A stretch of DNA of 64,000 bases from an uncultured Candidatus Saccharibacteria bacterium (GTDB lineage Bacteria; Patescibacteriota; Minisyncoccia; Minisyncoccales; JANBVM01). The stretch is from the NCBI GenBank assembly GCA_964514375.1, contig CAZEQH010000001.1:17303-81302 (forward strand). Direction: 5' to 3'. How positions within the stretch are numbered: the stretch's first letter is position 1; the number at the start of each line of letters is the position of its first letter. The notes beneath the pieces are model-generated. The model was given only the letters and a program-made list of their open reading frames with translations. It was not told the DNA's origin and did not search any database. Made by a program: the position numbers and the translations under genes. Positions 42,481 to 51,717 of this stretch are shown piece by piece.

Positions 42481-42528
42481 TTGCAAGCTTAAATATTCAA
42501 CTTTAGAAGGTGTATTTTGGAGTCCTGC

Positions 42529-42551
42529 ATCCCGCCGAGTGCGGGGTTTTT
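42529..42551 (+). terminator. Intrinsic terminator after the tRNA cluster
   Basis: CCCGC-CGAGT-GCGGG followed by GTTTTT. Confidence 0.6.
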
Positions 42552-42557
42552 GCGATA

Positions 42558-42586
42558 TTGACATCATGCCCGGAATGGGATATGAT
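42558..42586 (+). promoter_or_regulatory. Sigma70-like promoter of the 3D-domain gene
   Basis: TTGACA (42558-42563), 17-nt spacer, TATGAT (42581-42586). Confidence 0.55.
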
Positions 42587-42608
42587 TACGCAAACTTGGA
42601 AATTATTT

Positions 42609-43151
42609 ATGTTACTCAAAAAATTAAAGAATAAAGGAAAGAACCAGCATTTTTCCTCAAAGTTTTGGTTTTTAGCCTCAAGCGCCATGCTCTCCATTTT
42701 CTTTACCGGACTCTTATTCCAGATTTATCCTTTGACTGCCCCCAAGCCGGAGGAAAACTTCCCTCTGGCAGACAAAGATGCCCTCCCTCTGGTAATATTC
42801 CAACACAATACCCTGTCTTCTTTTTCTAATCCCGTAAATCCTCCTCCCGAAGTGGAAAGGGAAATACCGGTTATCATTACGGCTTATTCCAGCACTCCTT
42901 CCCAAACGGATGACAGCCCATACATTACTGCCGCTGGAACCTTAGTGAGGGAAGGTATTGTGGCCAACAATTATCTGGCTTTTGGTACGGAAATCAGAAT
43001 CCCGGAGATATATGGGGACAAGATTTTTGTAGTAGAAGACAGAATGAGCGATACCAAAGGTTATTACCATATTGATGTCTGGTTACCCGATTATTACCAG
43101 GCTCTTTCCTTCGGCGCCAAGAGGACCCATATCGAAGTACTCAAGAGATAA
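42609..43151 (+). CDS. 3D-domain (RlpA/MltA-like double-psi beta-barrel) cell-wall protein with N-terminal TM anchor
   Basis: VIITAYSSTPSQTDDSPYITAAGT...GIVANN...FGTEIRIPE...VVEDRM...IDVW. Start set to ATG 42609, downstream of the predicted promoter. Confidence 0.7.
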   Translation: MLLKKLKNKGKNQHFSSKFWFLASSAMLSIFFTGLLFQIYPLTAPKPEENFPLADKDALPLVIFQHNTLSSFSNPVNPPPEVEREIPVIITAYSSTPSQTDDSPYITAAGTLVREGIVANNYLAFGTEIRIPEIYGDKIFVVEDRMSDTKGYYHIDVWLPDYYQALSFGAKRTHIEVLKR

Positions 43152-43171
43152 AGGAAAAATATTTGAATCAG

Positions 43172-43198
43172 AAAACGCCTCTTTAAAGAGGCGTTTTT
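43172..43198. terminator. Intrinsic terminator (perfect palindrome)
   Basis: AAAACGCCTCTTT/AAAGAGGCGTTTT. Confidence 0.75.
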
Positions 43199-43212
43199 CG
43201 CTTTTAATGCTG

Positions 43213-43295
43213 TGCCCGGGGAGGGACTTGCACCCTCACGGAGTAACTCCACTGGATTTTAAGTCCAGACCGTCTGCTGATTCCGGCACCCGGGC
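43213..43295 (-). tRNA. tRNA-Leu (UAA), long variable arm, CCA not encoded
   Basis: Acceptor GCCCGGG/CCCGGGC, anticodon stem CTGGA/TCCAG with loop CTTAAAA, variable arm GTGGAGTTACTCCGT. Confidence 0.85.
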
Positions 43296-43369
43296 GTGAT
43301 TCAGCTACGCTGAATAATTATTAGTAATCAGTCGTTGGTTATTAAGCTAATTACTAATTATTTTATAAG

Positions 43370-43441
43370 AGGCCTGGGTGGGAATCGCACCCACGTATAA
43401 CAGTTTTGCAGACTGTTGCCTTGCTACTTGGCTACCAGGCC
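43370..43441 (-). tRNA. tRNA-Cys (GCA), CCA not encoded
   Basis: Acceptor GGCCTGG/CCAGGCC, anticodon stem ACAGT/ACTGT with loop CTGCAAA, discriminator U. Confidence 0.85.
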
Positions 43442-43479
43442 CAAGAAAGGTTTTCAAACTGGTCAATTTGGATATTATC

Positions 43480-43824
43480 CTATTGTTCTTTTTTCTTCAA
43501 CCGGTCTAATATCGCTTCAACTCTGGCTGCCTGCTCTGCTTTTTTATCATAAACAAATTCTATTTTGGGTATCGGTCTCATTCTTAATCTGGCGTTCAGT
43601 TTTTGCTGCAGGTAGTAAATCTTCCTCTGCACCATCAATAAGGTTTGTTCCTTTTTTTCTTCCGGCAGAATACTCAGAAAAACTTTACATTCCCGCAAGT
43701 CAGGAGATGATATGACTTCGGTAATAGTTACCAGCACTCCGCTCTCAAGACTCAATTCTCTAAGCATTATCCTTGACAGTTCGTCCCTTATAAGACTATT
43801 AACCCTTAAGATTCTTATTGACAT
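43480..43824 (-). CDS. rbfA: Ribosome-binding factor A
   Basis: RILRVNSLIRDELSRIM...VTITEV..SPDLRECKVFLS. 114 aa, directly downstream of infB. Confidence 0.9.
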   Translation of the reverse strand: MSIRILRVNSLIRDELSRIMLRELSLESGVLVTITEVISSPDLRECKVFLSILPEEKKEQTLLMVQRKIYYLQQKLNARLRMRPIPKIEFVYDKKAEQAARVEAILDRLKKKEQ

Positions 43825-43835
43825 GACCTTAATCT

Positions 43836-45335
43836 TTAGAGTTCTCCTTTTTTCCTTTCCTTTTTGTATATTTTTAAAACGTCTCCCTTTTCTATTTTCT
43901 TGCTCCCTTCATATAATATACCCACTTCGTCTCCCTTGGAAGCCTGTTCAATACTTTTTTTATTCTTCTGCAGGTCAACCATCTTTCCCTTGTCTATTAT
44001 TTCTTCTTCTCTGAGAACCTCGATCAGCGTCCCCTTGGTCACCTCGCCTTCGGTTATCCTGCCTCCCACTATCTGACGATTTTTTTTACTCCAGAAAGTC
44101 TTTAATACTTTGAGACTGCCTATGTCTGTTCTGACGTCTTCGAGTCCCAGGGTGCCTTTCATAACCTTTCTTACTTCCTCCACCAGGTCATATATTATTT
44201 CAAAATTCCTTACTTGCACCCTTACTTCTTCTCTCTGCAGCAGTTTTTTGGCGACGGGATTTATTTTTACCCGGAAACCCAGTACGAGGGCGTGTGAGCC
44301 CTGGGCTAGTTTAATATCGTTTTCATTGACATCGCCCACCTCGGATTTAAGTATCCTGATGACTATTTTTTCCTGGGGCAGACTCTTAAGTATTTCTTCC
44401 ACAGCTTCCACGGAACCTGCTACGTCTGTTTTCAAAATAATATTCAACGCTTTTTGCCCAGGTTCCAGGCTTGTCTCAGAAATTTTTCCTTCCTCTGCCT
44501 GAGGATGTTCAGATAAACTCCGTGCCTCATCCAGGCTTGGAAAGGATTTGAATTTTTCACCGACCATAGGCACACTTTCCATGCCCAGACAAACGGCCGG
44601 GTCGCCCGGTAGGGCTTTTTCCATGATTTTTCCCTGAAAATCTTCCAGTATCTTTATTTTTCCCGTGGTGGAAGGAGTGGCTATAACGCTTCCTAATTGA
44701 AGCTGCCCTTCGGTTACTATGAGAGTGGCGGTAGGGCCTCTCTTGCTGTCCATGTATGATTCAATAATTACCCCTGAGGCAGGGTTCTCTGTATCAGCCT
44801 TCAGTTCCTGCATTTCAGACACCAGACCAATCAGGTCCAGAAGGTCTTCTACGCCTTCCCCGGTTTTAGCAGATATTTTTACTGAAGGCACTTTTCCGCC
44901 CAGGGATTCTACGGAAATACCTTCCTTTTGGAGTTCGCTTTCCGCCCGGCGGGAATCCGCCTCCGGCTTGTCGGTCTTGTTAAGTGCCACTATGCAGGGG
45001 ATGTCGGCTTCTTTGATACGCAGTATTACTTCCTTGGTTTGGGTTTCTACTCCTTTAGCACTGTCTATTACCAAGACGGCAATGTCTGCTATTCTTGCTC
45101 CTCGTGATCTCATTTGGGAAAAAGCCTCGTGCCCCGGAGTGTCGATAAAGGTGATTTTTTTACCCTTTCGTTCCAACTGATATGTCCCTATATGCTGGGT
45201 AATCCCGCCTGTTTCCTTTTCGGCTATCCGGCTCTTTCTGATGTTGTCCAAAAGGGTTGTTTTACCGCTGTCTATATGGCCGAGCACTACTACCACGGGC
45301 GGTCTGGTTATTAAATTTTGTTTATTATTCTTCAT
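43836..45335 (-). CDS. infB: Translation initiation factor IF-2 (short form beginning at the G domain)
   Basis: RPPVVVVLGHIDSGKTTLLD, DTPGHEAF, NKTD. 499 aa, without the usual long N-terminal region. Confidence 0.95.
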   Translation of the reverse strand: MKNNKQNLITRPPVVVVLGHIDSGKTTLLDNIRKSRIAEKETGGITQHIGTYQLERKGKKITFIDTPGHEAFSQMRSRGARIADIAVLVIDSAKGVETQTKEVILRIKEADIPCIVALNKTDKPEADSRRAESELQKEGISVESLGGKVPSVKISAKTGEGVEDLLDLIGLVSEMQELKADTENPASGVIIESYMDSKRGPTATLIVTEGQLQLGSVIATPSTTGKIKILEDFQGKIMEKALPGDPAVCLGMESVPMVGEKFKSFPSLDEARSLSEHPQAEEGKISETSLEPGQKALNIILKTDVAGSVEAVEEILKSLPQEKIVIRILKSEVGDVNENDIKLAQGSHALVLGFRVKINPVAKKLLQREEVRVQVRNFEIIYDLVEEVRKVMKGTLGLEDVRTDIGSLKVLKTFWSKKNRQIVGGRITEGEVTKGTLIEVLREEEIIDKGKMVDLQKNKKSIEQASKGDEVGILYEGSKKIEKGDVLKIYKKERKKGEL

Positions 45336-45717
45336 TTTCTTTAACCAAGTTTTCAGGTTCCTCTTTTCTGCCTTCTTCTATGGCTTGCCTTTCTTCTTCG
45401 GAAAGAAGATATTTGGACTTCCCATTTTTAACTGGTTTGGCAAAAACTTTATTGTCTTGGCGGCCGTAGAGGCTGGTGATAACTACGCCGGTATCGTTTT
45501 CATCAAGAAAAGCTATAGAGAAGCTTTGGTCCCCGCCTGCTTCCTTAAAAGGATTGAATCTGACTATTCCTACTTTCTGCACGGATGCCTCAATCTTTTT
45601 TTCTAAAACTTTCAGCTGGTCCGATATCGTTGAAAACTCTTCCCTTAATTCCTGGAAACTTTTCAGGATTTCTTCTAAATTCTCGGGTTCTTTTTCCTTT
45701 TTAAAAAAATCAATCAT
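45325..45717 (-). CDS. DUF4446-like protein
   Basis: VGIVRFNPFKEAGGDQSFSIAFLDENDTGVVITSLYGR...LSEEE. Start trimmed to ATG 45717, because the track ORF extends through the tRNA-flank repeat. Confidence 0.65.
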   Translation of the reverse strand: MIDFFKKEKEPENLEEILKSFQELREEFSTISDQLKVLEKKIEASVQKVGIVRFNPFKEAGGDQSFSIAFLDENDTGVVITSLYGRQDNKVFAKPVKNGKSKYLLSEEERQAIEEGRKEEPENLVKENEE

Positions 45718-45773
45718 ATTTTTAGTTATAATATTTAAGCGAATGTGGCGGACTGCGGCGGAGGGGGTGAGAT

Positions 45774-45857
45774 ACTTCGACAGGCTCAGTATTATCCCCA
45801 TCCCAGGTCCACTCAGGCTTGCCCCGTTTGCACTGAGCAAGCTAAGCGCGTCGAAGT
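45774..45857. mobile_element. 84-nt MITE-like element with perfect 8-nt terminal inverted repeats, bracketed by a 16-nt direct repeat of the tRNA-Ser 3-prime end
   Basis: ACTTCGAC (45774-45781) and GTCGAAGT (45850-45857). GCGGAGGGGGTGAGAT occurs at 45758-45773 and 45858-45873. No ORF inside. Mobility is not demonstrated. Confidence 0.45.
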
Positions 45858-45858
45858 G

Positions 45859-45948
45859 CGGAGGGGGTGAGATTTGAACTCACGGTCCCACTGAAAGCGG
45901 GACAATGGTTTTCGAAACCATCCCTTTTAACCGCTCAGGCACCCCTCC
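45859..45948 (-). tRNA. tRNA-Ser (CGA), long variable arm, CCA not encoded
   Basis: Acceptor GGAGGGG/CCCCTCC, anticodon stem ATGGT/ACCAT with loop TTCGAAA, variable arm, T-arm GTGAG-TTCAAAT-CTCAC, discriminator G. Confidence 0.85.
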
Positions 45949-46039
45949 TCAATAAACATAATATTTTCAAATTACCATTTTTTCCCCGCAAAATCAATGT
46001 TATTTTTCAGCTCGTTAAATAATGATATAATCCAGAAAT

Positions 46040-47044
46040 ATGCGAAGAGAAAAAATAGCAGTTATAGGGGTTGGAGGAAGAACGGGTACCATGTTTGCTT
46101 TCGAACTCAGGAAGGCGGCGGACATTCTGGGCGTAGCAAGAAATCGGGAAGTAGCCATGGTCAAGGAAGGAAAGCTTTTTGTGGTCAGGGGAAAGGAAGA
46201 AGGGGGAAAATTTTCCGGGAAGGTCATCGAAGACAAATATTTTAAGAATAACGCTTTACCTGACTTTATCTTTCTGGCTACTAAAAATCCCGTTGGCCCT
46301 CCCATAAAATACTATTGCAGTCATTATCGGGGAGCAAAAAAACCCGCCCTGATAATATCCCAGAATGGAATCTCGGCCTCAGAGGAGGCTGAAAAAGCTG
46401 TACATGAAGTTTTCGGGAGTGAGGCGGAAAGCGTGAGGATAATCAGGGTAGCTCTTTTTAATCCCATAGATAAAACAGAAGAGGGCGGTTTAGTTAAGAT
46501 GCTCTACTCTCTTCCCGTAAAAGGAGCTTTTGCCCAGGTTGCAGGACAGGCGGATGTCGGCGACATCGCCGAAATCTTTAAACGGGCCGGGCTCCATTTC
46601 AAAAAATTTTCTTCCGGGAAGGCTAAGGCCATGGAATTATCCAAATTATTCCTGAACCTGATAGGTATGGCTTCAGCTTCCAGGGGTATGTCTGTGACGG
46701 AAGGCTTTAAAAACAAAGAAGTATTCTGCGAAGAAGTCAAGGCTCTCAGGGAGTACGTTAAAGCAGTGAGGCTTTCCGGAAAACACTTTGTTAATTTTTC
46801 CCAATATCCTGTTCGGGCGATGGCCGATTTATTATATTTTTTTCCCCCGAGTCTTCTATCGGCAATAAGAAATTTATTGGCCAAAGCAGTCAGTAAAGGA
46901 CGCGAGGGCAAACCCAAGGCTTTGGATGAAATAGAGTATTACAACGGGGCAGTGGTGGAATTGGGTAAGAAAACCGGGATTCCCACTCCTGCCAATAAAG
47001 AAATCTATCGGAGGGCAGTCCGGTTGAAGGAAAATGGAAGATAG
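46040..47044 (+). CDS. NAD(P)-binding oxidoreductase, ketopantoate reductase (ApbA/PanE)-like
   Basis: N-terminal Rossmann KIAVIGVGGRTG. SKLFLNLIGMASA resembles the ApbA C-domain helix. The family assignment is tentative. Confidence 0.45.
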   Translation: MRREKIAVIGVGGRTGTMFAFELRKAADILGVARNREVAMVKEGKLFVVRGKEEGGKFSGKVIEDKYFKNNALPDFIFLATKNPVGPPIKYYCSHYRGAKKPALIISQNGISASEEAEKAVHEVFGSEAESVRIIRVALFNPIDKTEEGGLVKMLYSLPVKGAFAQVAGQADVGDIAEIFKRAGLHFKKFSSGKAKAMELSKLFLNLIGMASASRGMSVTEGFKNKEVFCEEVKALREYVKAVRLSGKHFVNFSQYPVRAMADLLYFFPPSLLSAIRNLLAKAVSKGREGKPKALDEIEYYNGAVVELGKKTGIPTPANKEIYRRAVRLKENGR

Positions 47045-47098
47045 TATGCCGTAAAGAAGTTTGTCTGAGGCAAGCTTCTTTTTCGGAAGAGATAATAG

Positions 47099-47172
47099 TG
47101 GGCGCGTCAGGACTTGAACCCGAAACCTTCTGAATGTAAGTCAGACGCTCTGACCAGTTGAGCTACGCGCCC
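47099..47172 (-). tRNA. tRNA-Val (UAC), CCA not encoded
   Basis: Acceptor GGGCGCG/CGCGCCC, anticodon stem TCTGA/TCAGA with loop CTTACAT, T-arm TCGGG-TTCAAGT-CCTGA. Confidence 0.85.
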
Positions 47173-47269
47173 GGATTTGCCTTCGGCAAATAGTTATTAG
47201 TTTCCAGCCGTTAGCTTTTAGTTTCTAATACTGATTATTATTAACTAATAACTCGTTGCGAAGCAACGC

Positions 47270-47355
47270 TGGTGCCCAGGGGGAGACTTGAACTCCCACG
47301 AGCTAGGCTCACTAGCACCTCAAGCTAGCCTGTCTGCCGGTTCCAGCACCTGGGC
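47270..47355 (-). tRNA. tRNA-Leu (GAG), long variable arm, CCA encoded
   Basis: Acceptor GCCCAGG/CCTGGGC, anticodon stem CTAGC/GCTAG with loop TTGAGGT, 3-prime ACCA. Confidence 0.85.
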
Positions 47356-47361
47356 TGTTAG

Positions 47362-47862
47362 TTATTCGGGGACTTGGCGAGATTTTTCTTCAGTTATCTC
47401 TTCTGGTTTGTTTTCTGAAACAGGTTCCTGCGAAGCCTGGGACGGGACGGGCTGCTGCTCTGGAATTTGCATTTCTTCGCCTTTGCTGCCTTCATCATCA
47501 AACCTTGCTTCACGCTTCCTTTTCTTCCTTTTAAGCTTAGCCTTTTTACCGCTGACGTTCCTCAGGAAATAAAGTTTGGCTCTTCTGACCTTACTTCTTC
47601 TTATTATTTCTATCTTTTTTAGGGTTGGCAGGTGCAGAGGAAATATCCTTTCTACTCCGATGCCGTCCACTACCTTTCGGACTGTGATAGTGGCTCCTAT
47701 TCCCTTGCCGTGCTTCCTGGCTATCACCGTGCCTTCAAAGGCCTGGGTTCTTTCTTTGTCTTTTTCCTTTATCTTTTGGTAAACCTTAACCCTGTCTCCG
47801 GGGCGGATGTCCGGGAGGTCTTTTTTAATAAATTTTTGGGTAACGTTATCTATTTTTTTCAT
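47362..47862 (-). CDS. rplS: 50S ribosomal protein L19 with a ~50-aa acidic/Pro-Gln-rich C-terminal tail
   Basis: PDIRPGDRVKVYQKI...RTQAFEGTVIARKHG..GATITVRK...GVERIFPLH.P. 166 aa. Confidence 0.95.
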   Translation of the reverse strand: MKKIDNVTQKFIKKDLPDIRPGDRVKVYQKIKEKDKERTQAFEGTVIARKHGKGIGATITVRKVVDGIGVERIFPLHLPTLKKIEIIRRSKVRRAKLYFLRNVSGKKAKLKRKKRKREARFDDEGSKGEEMQIPEQQPVPSQASQEPVSENKPEEITEEKSRQVPE

Positions 47863-48515
47863 AGCTTTAAGACTATTATTTTTGCTTCATCAACGGAGGG
47901 CAGCTCTTTCTCCTTTACTACCAGTTTTTCCATGGGCTTTACGGTTTTAAGGCCGAAAACCTTGAGGAACTTGCTAAGGGGGTCTAATTTTACCTTGACC
48001 CTGGGAAGGGCATAGTGCATGGGAATGCTAATCCTCGGCTCTATCTGTGACATTATCTTGGCGGCTTCTTTGGCTGAAATAGTGTAGTTGCCCCCTACTG
48101 GAATCATAAGGATATCAACTTCTCCTATTTTTTCAAGTTGCCCTTCGGTGAGTTCTTTCTGGCCCAGGTCTCCGAGATGACATATAGTTATGCCTTCACT
48201 TTCAATAAGATAGATGGTGTTTCTGCCTCTTTCCTGGCCCTTGGCGTCGTCGTGGAATGAAGGTATACCCTGTATGAAGATATTTTTGATTTCATATTCT
48301 CCGGGACCGTCAATAACAAACGGCTCTCCTGTGACGGCCGTGACATTGTTGTGGTCGTGATGGTCATGCGTCACCAATACTAAGTCTCCGCCGATTCTGG
48401 GGACAGGAAGCCCTACTGATTTGTCAAAAGGGTCAATCAGGATTTTTACCTTAGTTTTTTTATTGGGTTTGGTCCTTATCTCAAAAAAGGAATGACCGTG
48501 CCATAATATTTGCAT
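47859..48515 (-). CDS. MBL-fold metal-dependent hydrolase (UPF0173-like)
   Basis: MQILWHGHSFFEI, LVTHDHHDH. 4-nt overlap with rplS. Confidence 0.85.
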   Translation of the reverse strand: MQILWHGHSFFEIRTKPNKKTKVKILIDPFDKSVGLPVPRIGGDLVLVTHDHHDHNNVTAVTGEPFVIDGPGEYEIKNIFIQGIPSFHDDAKGQERGRNTIYLIESEGITICHLGDLGQKELTEGQLEKIGEVDILMIPVGGNYTISAKEAAKIMSQIEPRISIPMHYALPRVKVKLDPLSKFLKVFGLKTVKPMEKLVVKEKELPSVDEAKIIVLKL

Positions 48516-48578
48516 AATTTCAAAAATCTGTTAATCTTACCCTTAAACTCTATCACAGTTCATGCTTTAATTCAACTG

Positions 48579-48607
48579 TTGAAAATTTTAAAATAGTATT
48601 GTAAAAT
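48579..48607 (+). promoter_or_regulatory. Sigma70-like promoter of the S1 gene
   Basis: TTGAAA (48579-48584), 17-nt spacer, TAAAAT (48602-48607). Confidence 0.55.
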
Positions 48608-48622
48608 GAACCACATCTAAAC

Positions 48623-49705
48623 ATGGAAAAAAATTATATGAAAAAACTGTTAGAAGAAAATGATATGCTTAGACCTCCAAAAGTGGGGGAAATAATTGAA
48701 GGTGCGGTAATAGGCAAGGGAAGGGCTGCGATTTTTTTGGATTTGGGGCCGATAGGCACGGGCAAAATTTACGGCAGAGAATTTTTCCAGGCTAAAGAAG
48801 AACTTAAAGGTTTGGACATAGGAGACAAAATATTCAGCAAGATAACGGGATTGGATACAGAAGACGGATTTATAGAGCTTTCCGTCAGTAAAGCCTCCAG
48901 GGAATTAACTTTCAGCCGTCTCAAAGAGAAGAAAGAAAAGGGAGAGATGATTACCATTAAGGTTTTGGGGGCTAACAAGGGCGGTCTGATGGCGGAAATA
49001 TCAGGCATATCCGCCTTCCTTCCTGTTTCTCAGCTTTCTTCCGAACACTATCCTAAAGTGGAAGGAGGAGACAAGACAAAGATATTGAAGGAATTGCAGC
49101 AGTTCGTGTCTAAGGAAATGGAAGTCAAGGTATTGGACCTGTTTCCCAAAAAGGAGCAGATTATACTCTCCGAAAAAGCCAAGGACATTGACCGCATCAA
49201 GGGACTCCTTCAAAACTATAAAGTGGGAGACGTGGTAGAAGGGGAAATTACCGGCATCACGGATTTCGGGGCTTTTATCAAATTTCCTTTGGAGGGCGAA
49301 GAAGCAGAGCGTCTGGAGGGATTAATCCATATATCTGAATTGGATTGGAAAATAATAGAGGACCCCTCCGAAGTAGTCAGCGTGGGGGAACACGTAAAGG
49401 CTCAGGTAGTTGATATCTCCGACAACAAGGTGTCTTTATCACTCAAAGCAATGAAGAAAGACCCCTGGGAAAACATCAGGGATGACTATCAGAAGGGCCA
49501 GGTTATTACAGGCAAAGTAACAAAACTGAACCCCTTCGGAGCCTTTATACAGGTTAGTGATAAAATTCAGGCCCTCTGTCATGTTTCGGAATTTGAGAAT
49601 GAAAAAATGGAAGAGGCACTAGAGATTGACAAAGAATATAAGTTTGAAATTCTTTCCATAGACGAACAGGAACACAAGATGAGTTTGAGAATGGTAAAAG
49701 ATTAA
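48623..49705 (+). CDS. rpsA: Ribosomal protein S1-like protein with four S1 domains
   Basis: Four repeats of the S1 pattern (GEIIEGAVIG..., ITIKVLGANKGGL, VVEGEITGITDFGAFIKF, VITGKVTKLNPFGAFIQV). 360 aa. Confidence 0.85.
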   Translation: MEKNYMKKLLEENDMLRPPKVGEIIEGAVIGKGRAAIFLDLGPIGTGKIYGREFFQAKEELKGLDIGDKIFSKITGLDTEDGFIELSVSKASRELTFSRLKEKKEKGEMITIKVLGANKGGLMAEISGISAFLPVSQLSSEHYPKVEGGDKTKILKELQQFVSKEMEVKVLDLFPKKEQIILSEKAKDIDRIKGLLQNYKVGDVVEGEITGITDFGAFIKFPLEGEEAERLEGLIHISELDWKIIEDPSEVVSVGEHVKAQVVDISDNKVSLSLKAMKKDPWENIRDDYQKGQVITGKVTKLNPFGAFIQVSDKIQALCHVSEFENEKMEEALEIDKEYKFEILSIDEQEHKMSLRMVKD

Positions 49706-49742
49706 CAAATCGGCCAGGTTTAGTTTTATATACTCTTTGGGA

Positions 49743-51644
49743 ATGAATACTCTTGTAAAAAATTTCATTTTTATTGTTCTGATATTCATCGTGATATCAG
49801 CTGTGTTCAGTTTGTTCTTCCAGCAGTCCACTCAGGTAAAGGAAATTTCCATTACCCAGCTGGCTGAGCAGATAAAACAGGGTCAGATTAAGACGATAAC
49901 GGTGTCGGGCAATGAGCTGACAATTACCTATAATGACGGTTCTGAGGGAAAATCGGTTAAGGAAGATGGCACCGCTCTCTCCGCCACTTTAAAGAATTAC
50001 GACGTTTCAGGACAGGAACTCAGCGCAGTTAACATAGAAGTTAAAGATACTGGCGGAGGAGTTTCAGCATGGCTGGGCCCGGTGCTGTTTTCCATACTGC
50101 CCCTGATATTGTTCGGCGTGTTTTTCTGGATGATTTTTAGACAGGCCAAGAGCGGAGCCATGCAGACATTCGATTTTACCAGAGCCAAAGCCCGCCTTTT
50201 CGGAGCAGAGGGCCACCCCAAGGAGAAAATCACTTTCCAGGATGTGGCTGGGCTGAAGGAAGCCAAGGAAGAACTGAAAGAGGTGGTGGACTTTTTAAAG
50301 AATCCCAGAAAATATACCAAGATGGGAGCCAGAATTCCCAGAGGTATTCTCCTGCTGGGACCGGCCGGCGTAGGAAAGACCCTTTTGGCCAGGGCAGTGG
50401 CCGGCGAAGCCAACGTCCCCTTTTTCCATACTTCAGGCTCCACATTTGTGGAACTATTCGTGGGTACGGGGGCAGCCAGGGTAAGGGACCTCTTTGAAGA
50501 AGCCAAGAAGAGAGCCCCTGCTTTGATTTTCATCGACGAACTGGATGCCGTGGGGCGTATGAGAGGGGCAGGAATCGGCGGAGGTCATGATGAAAGAGAA
50601 CAAACGCTCAATCAGCTGCTGGTGGAAATGGACGGTTTTGAACGCGACACCAACGTCATCATTATCAGTGCTACCAACAGGGCAGATATCCTGGACCCGG
50701 CGCTTTTGCGCCCCGGGAGATTCGATCGCAGGGTAGTTTTGGACCTTCCCGACATTAACGACAGAGAGGAGGTTTTGAAAATCCACTGCATAGGCAAACC
50801 TTTAGCTGCGGACGTCAAGGCCAGGGAGATAGCTGAGAGGACTCCCGGTTTTTCCGGAGCGGATTTAGCTAATGTGGTGAATGAGGCAGCCATACTGGCC
50901 GCCAGGCGCAATAAACAGCAAATCTATCAGGAAGAGTTTCTGGAATCCATAGAGAAAGTGCTTTTGGGTCCTGAGAGAAAGAGCCACATCCTTTCCAAGA
51001 AGGAAAAGAAAATAGCCGCCTTCCATGAGGCGGGGCATGCTTTGATATCCAGTATACTGTCCGATGTGGAGCCGGTCAGAAAGATTTCCATAATTGCCAG
51101 GGGATTTGCTGCAGGCTATACCTTGAAGATGCCGAAGGAAGAGACCAAAATTAAGACAAAAAAAGAATTTTTGGCGAAGATGACCATTCTGCTCGGAGGC
51201 TACTGTGCAGAACGGCTTAGGTTTGGACAAATTACCACCGGCGCTTCCGACGACCTGAAAAAGGCTTCTGACCTGGCTAGAAAACTGGTGAAAAAATACG
51301 GGATGTCAAGATTAGGCCCCATTTCTTTTGGAGAGGAGGAAGAACTGGTTTTCCTAGGGAGAGAAATTTCAGAACAGCGGAACTATTCTGAGAAGGTGGC
51401 TACCATGATAGACGAGGAAGTAGCTAAGTTTATAAAAAATGCTGAGAGGGAAGCCCTTAAAATATTGAAAAAAAGGAAGGGTCTTCTTAAGAAAATAGCG
51501 GAAACCCTGGTTGAAAAAGAAACCATCGAGAGGGAAGAGTTTGAGGCATTGATAGGAAAAAACCAGACGGATAAGGGCAAGGAGAAAAAACCTTCCGGGA
51601 AAACAAGGAAAAGAGCTGTTCGGGTAAAAGTTAAAAGTATTTAG
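49743..51644 (+). CDS. ftsH: ATP-dependent zinc metalloprotease FtsH
   Basis: Two TM helices, [30 protein letters not shown] region, HEAGHAL. The track start at 49737 is TTG; first ATG is at 49743. Confidence 0.95.
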   Translation: MNTLVKNFIFIVLIFIVISAVFSLFFQQSTQVKEISITQLAEQIKQGQIKTITVSGNELTITYNDGSEGKSVKEDGTALSATLKNYDVSGQELSAVNIEVKDTGGGVSAWLGPVLFSILPLILFGVFFWMIFRQAKSGAMQTFDFTRAKARLFGAEGHPKEKITFQDVAGLKEAKEELKEVVDFLKNPRKYTKMGARIPRGILLLGPAGVGKTLLARAVAGEANVPFFHTSGSTFVELFVGTGAARVRDLFEEAKKRAPALIFIDELDAVGRMRGAGIGGGHDEREQTLNQLLVEMDGFERDTNVIIISATNRADILDPALLRPGRFDRRVVLDLPDINDREEVLKIHCIGKPLAADVKAREIAERTPGFSGADLANVVNEAAILAARRNKQQIYQEEFLESIEKVLLGPERKSHILSKKEKKIAAFHEAGHALISSILSDVEPVRKISIIARGFAAGYTLKMPKEETKIKTKKEFLAKMTILLGGYCAERLRFGQITTGASDDLKKASDLARKLVKKYGMSRLGPISFGEEEELVFLGREISEQRNYSEKVATMIDEEVAKFIKNAEREALKILKKRKGLLKKIAETLVEKETIEREEFEALIGKNQTDKGKEKKPSGKTRKRAVRVKVKSI

Positions 51645-51717
51645 GGGCGTGTAGCTCAGCGGTTAGAGCACGTCTCTTATAAAGACGGGGTCCGTGGTTC
51701 GATCCCACGCACGCCCA
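51645..51717 (+). tRNA. tRNA-Ile (UAU), CCA not encoded
   Basis: Acceptor GGGCGTG/CACGCCC, anticodon stem CGTCT/AGACG with loop CTTATAA. Begins on the nucleotide after the ftsH stop. Confidence 0.8.

Noticed and set aside
45718-45840. N-terminal 41 codons of track ORF 45325-45840
   Set aside because: The extension runs through the tRNA-Ser flank element. The DUF4446-like homology begins after the internal ATG at 45717.
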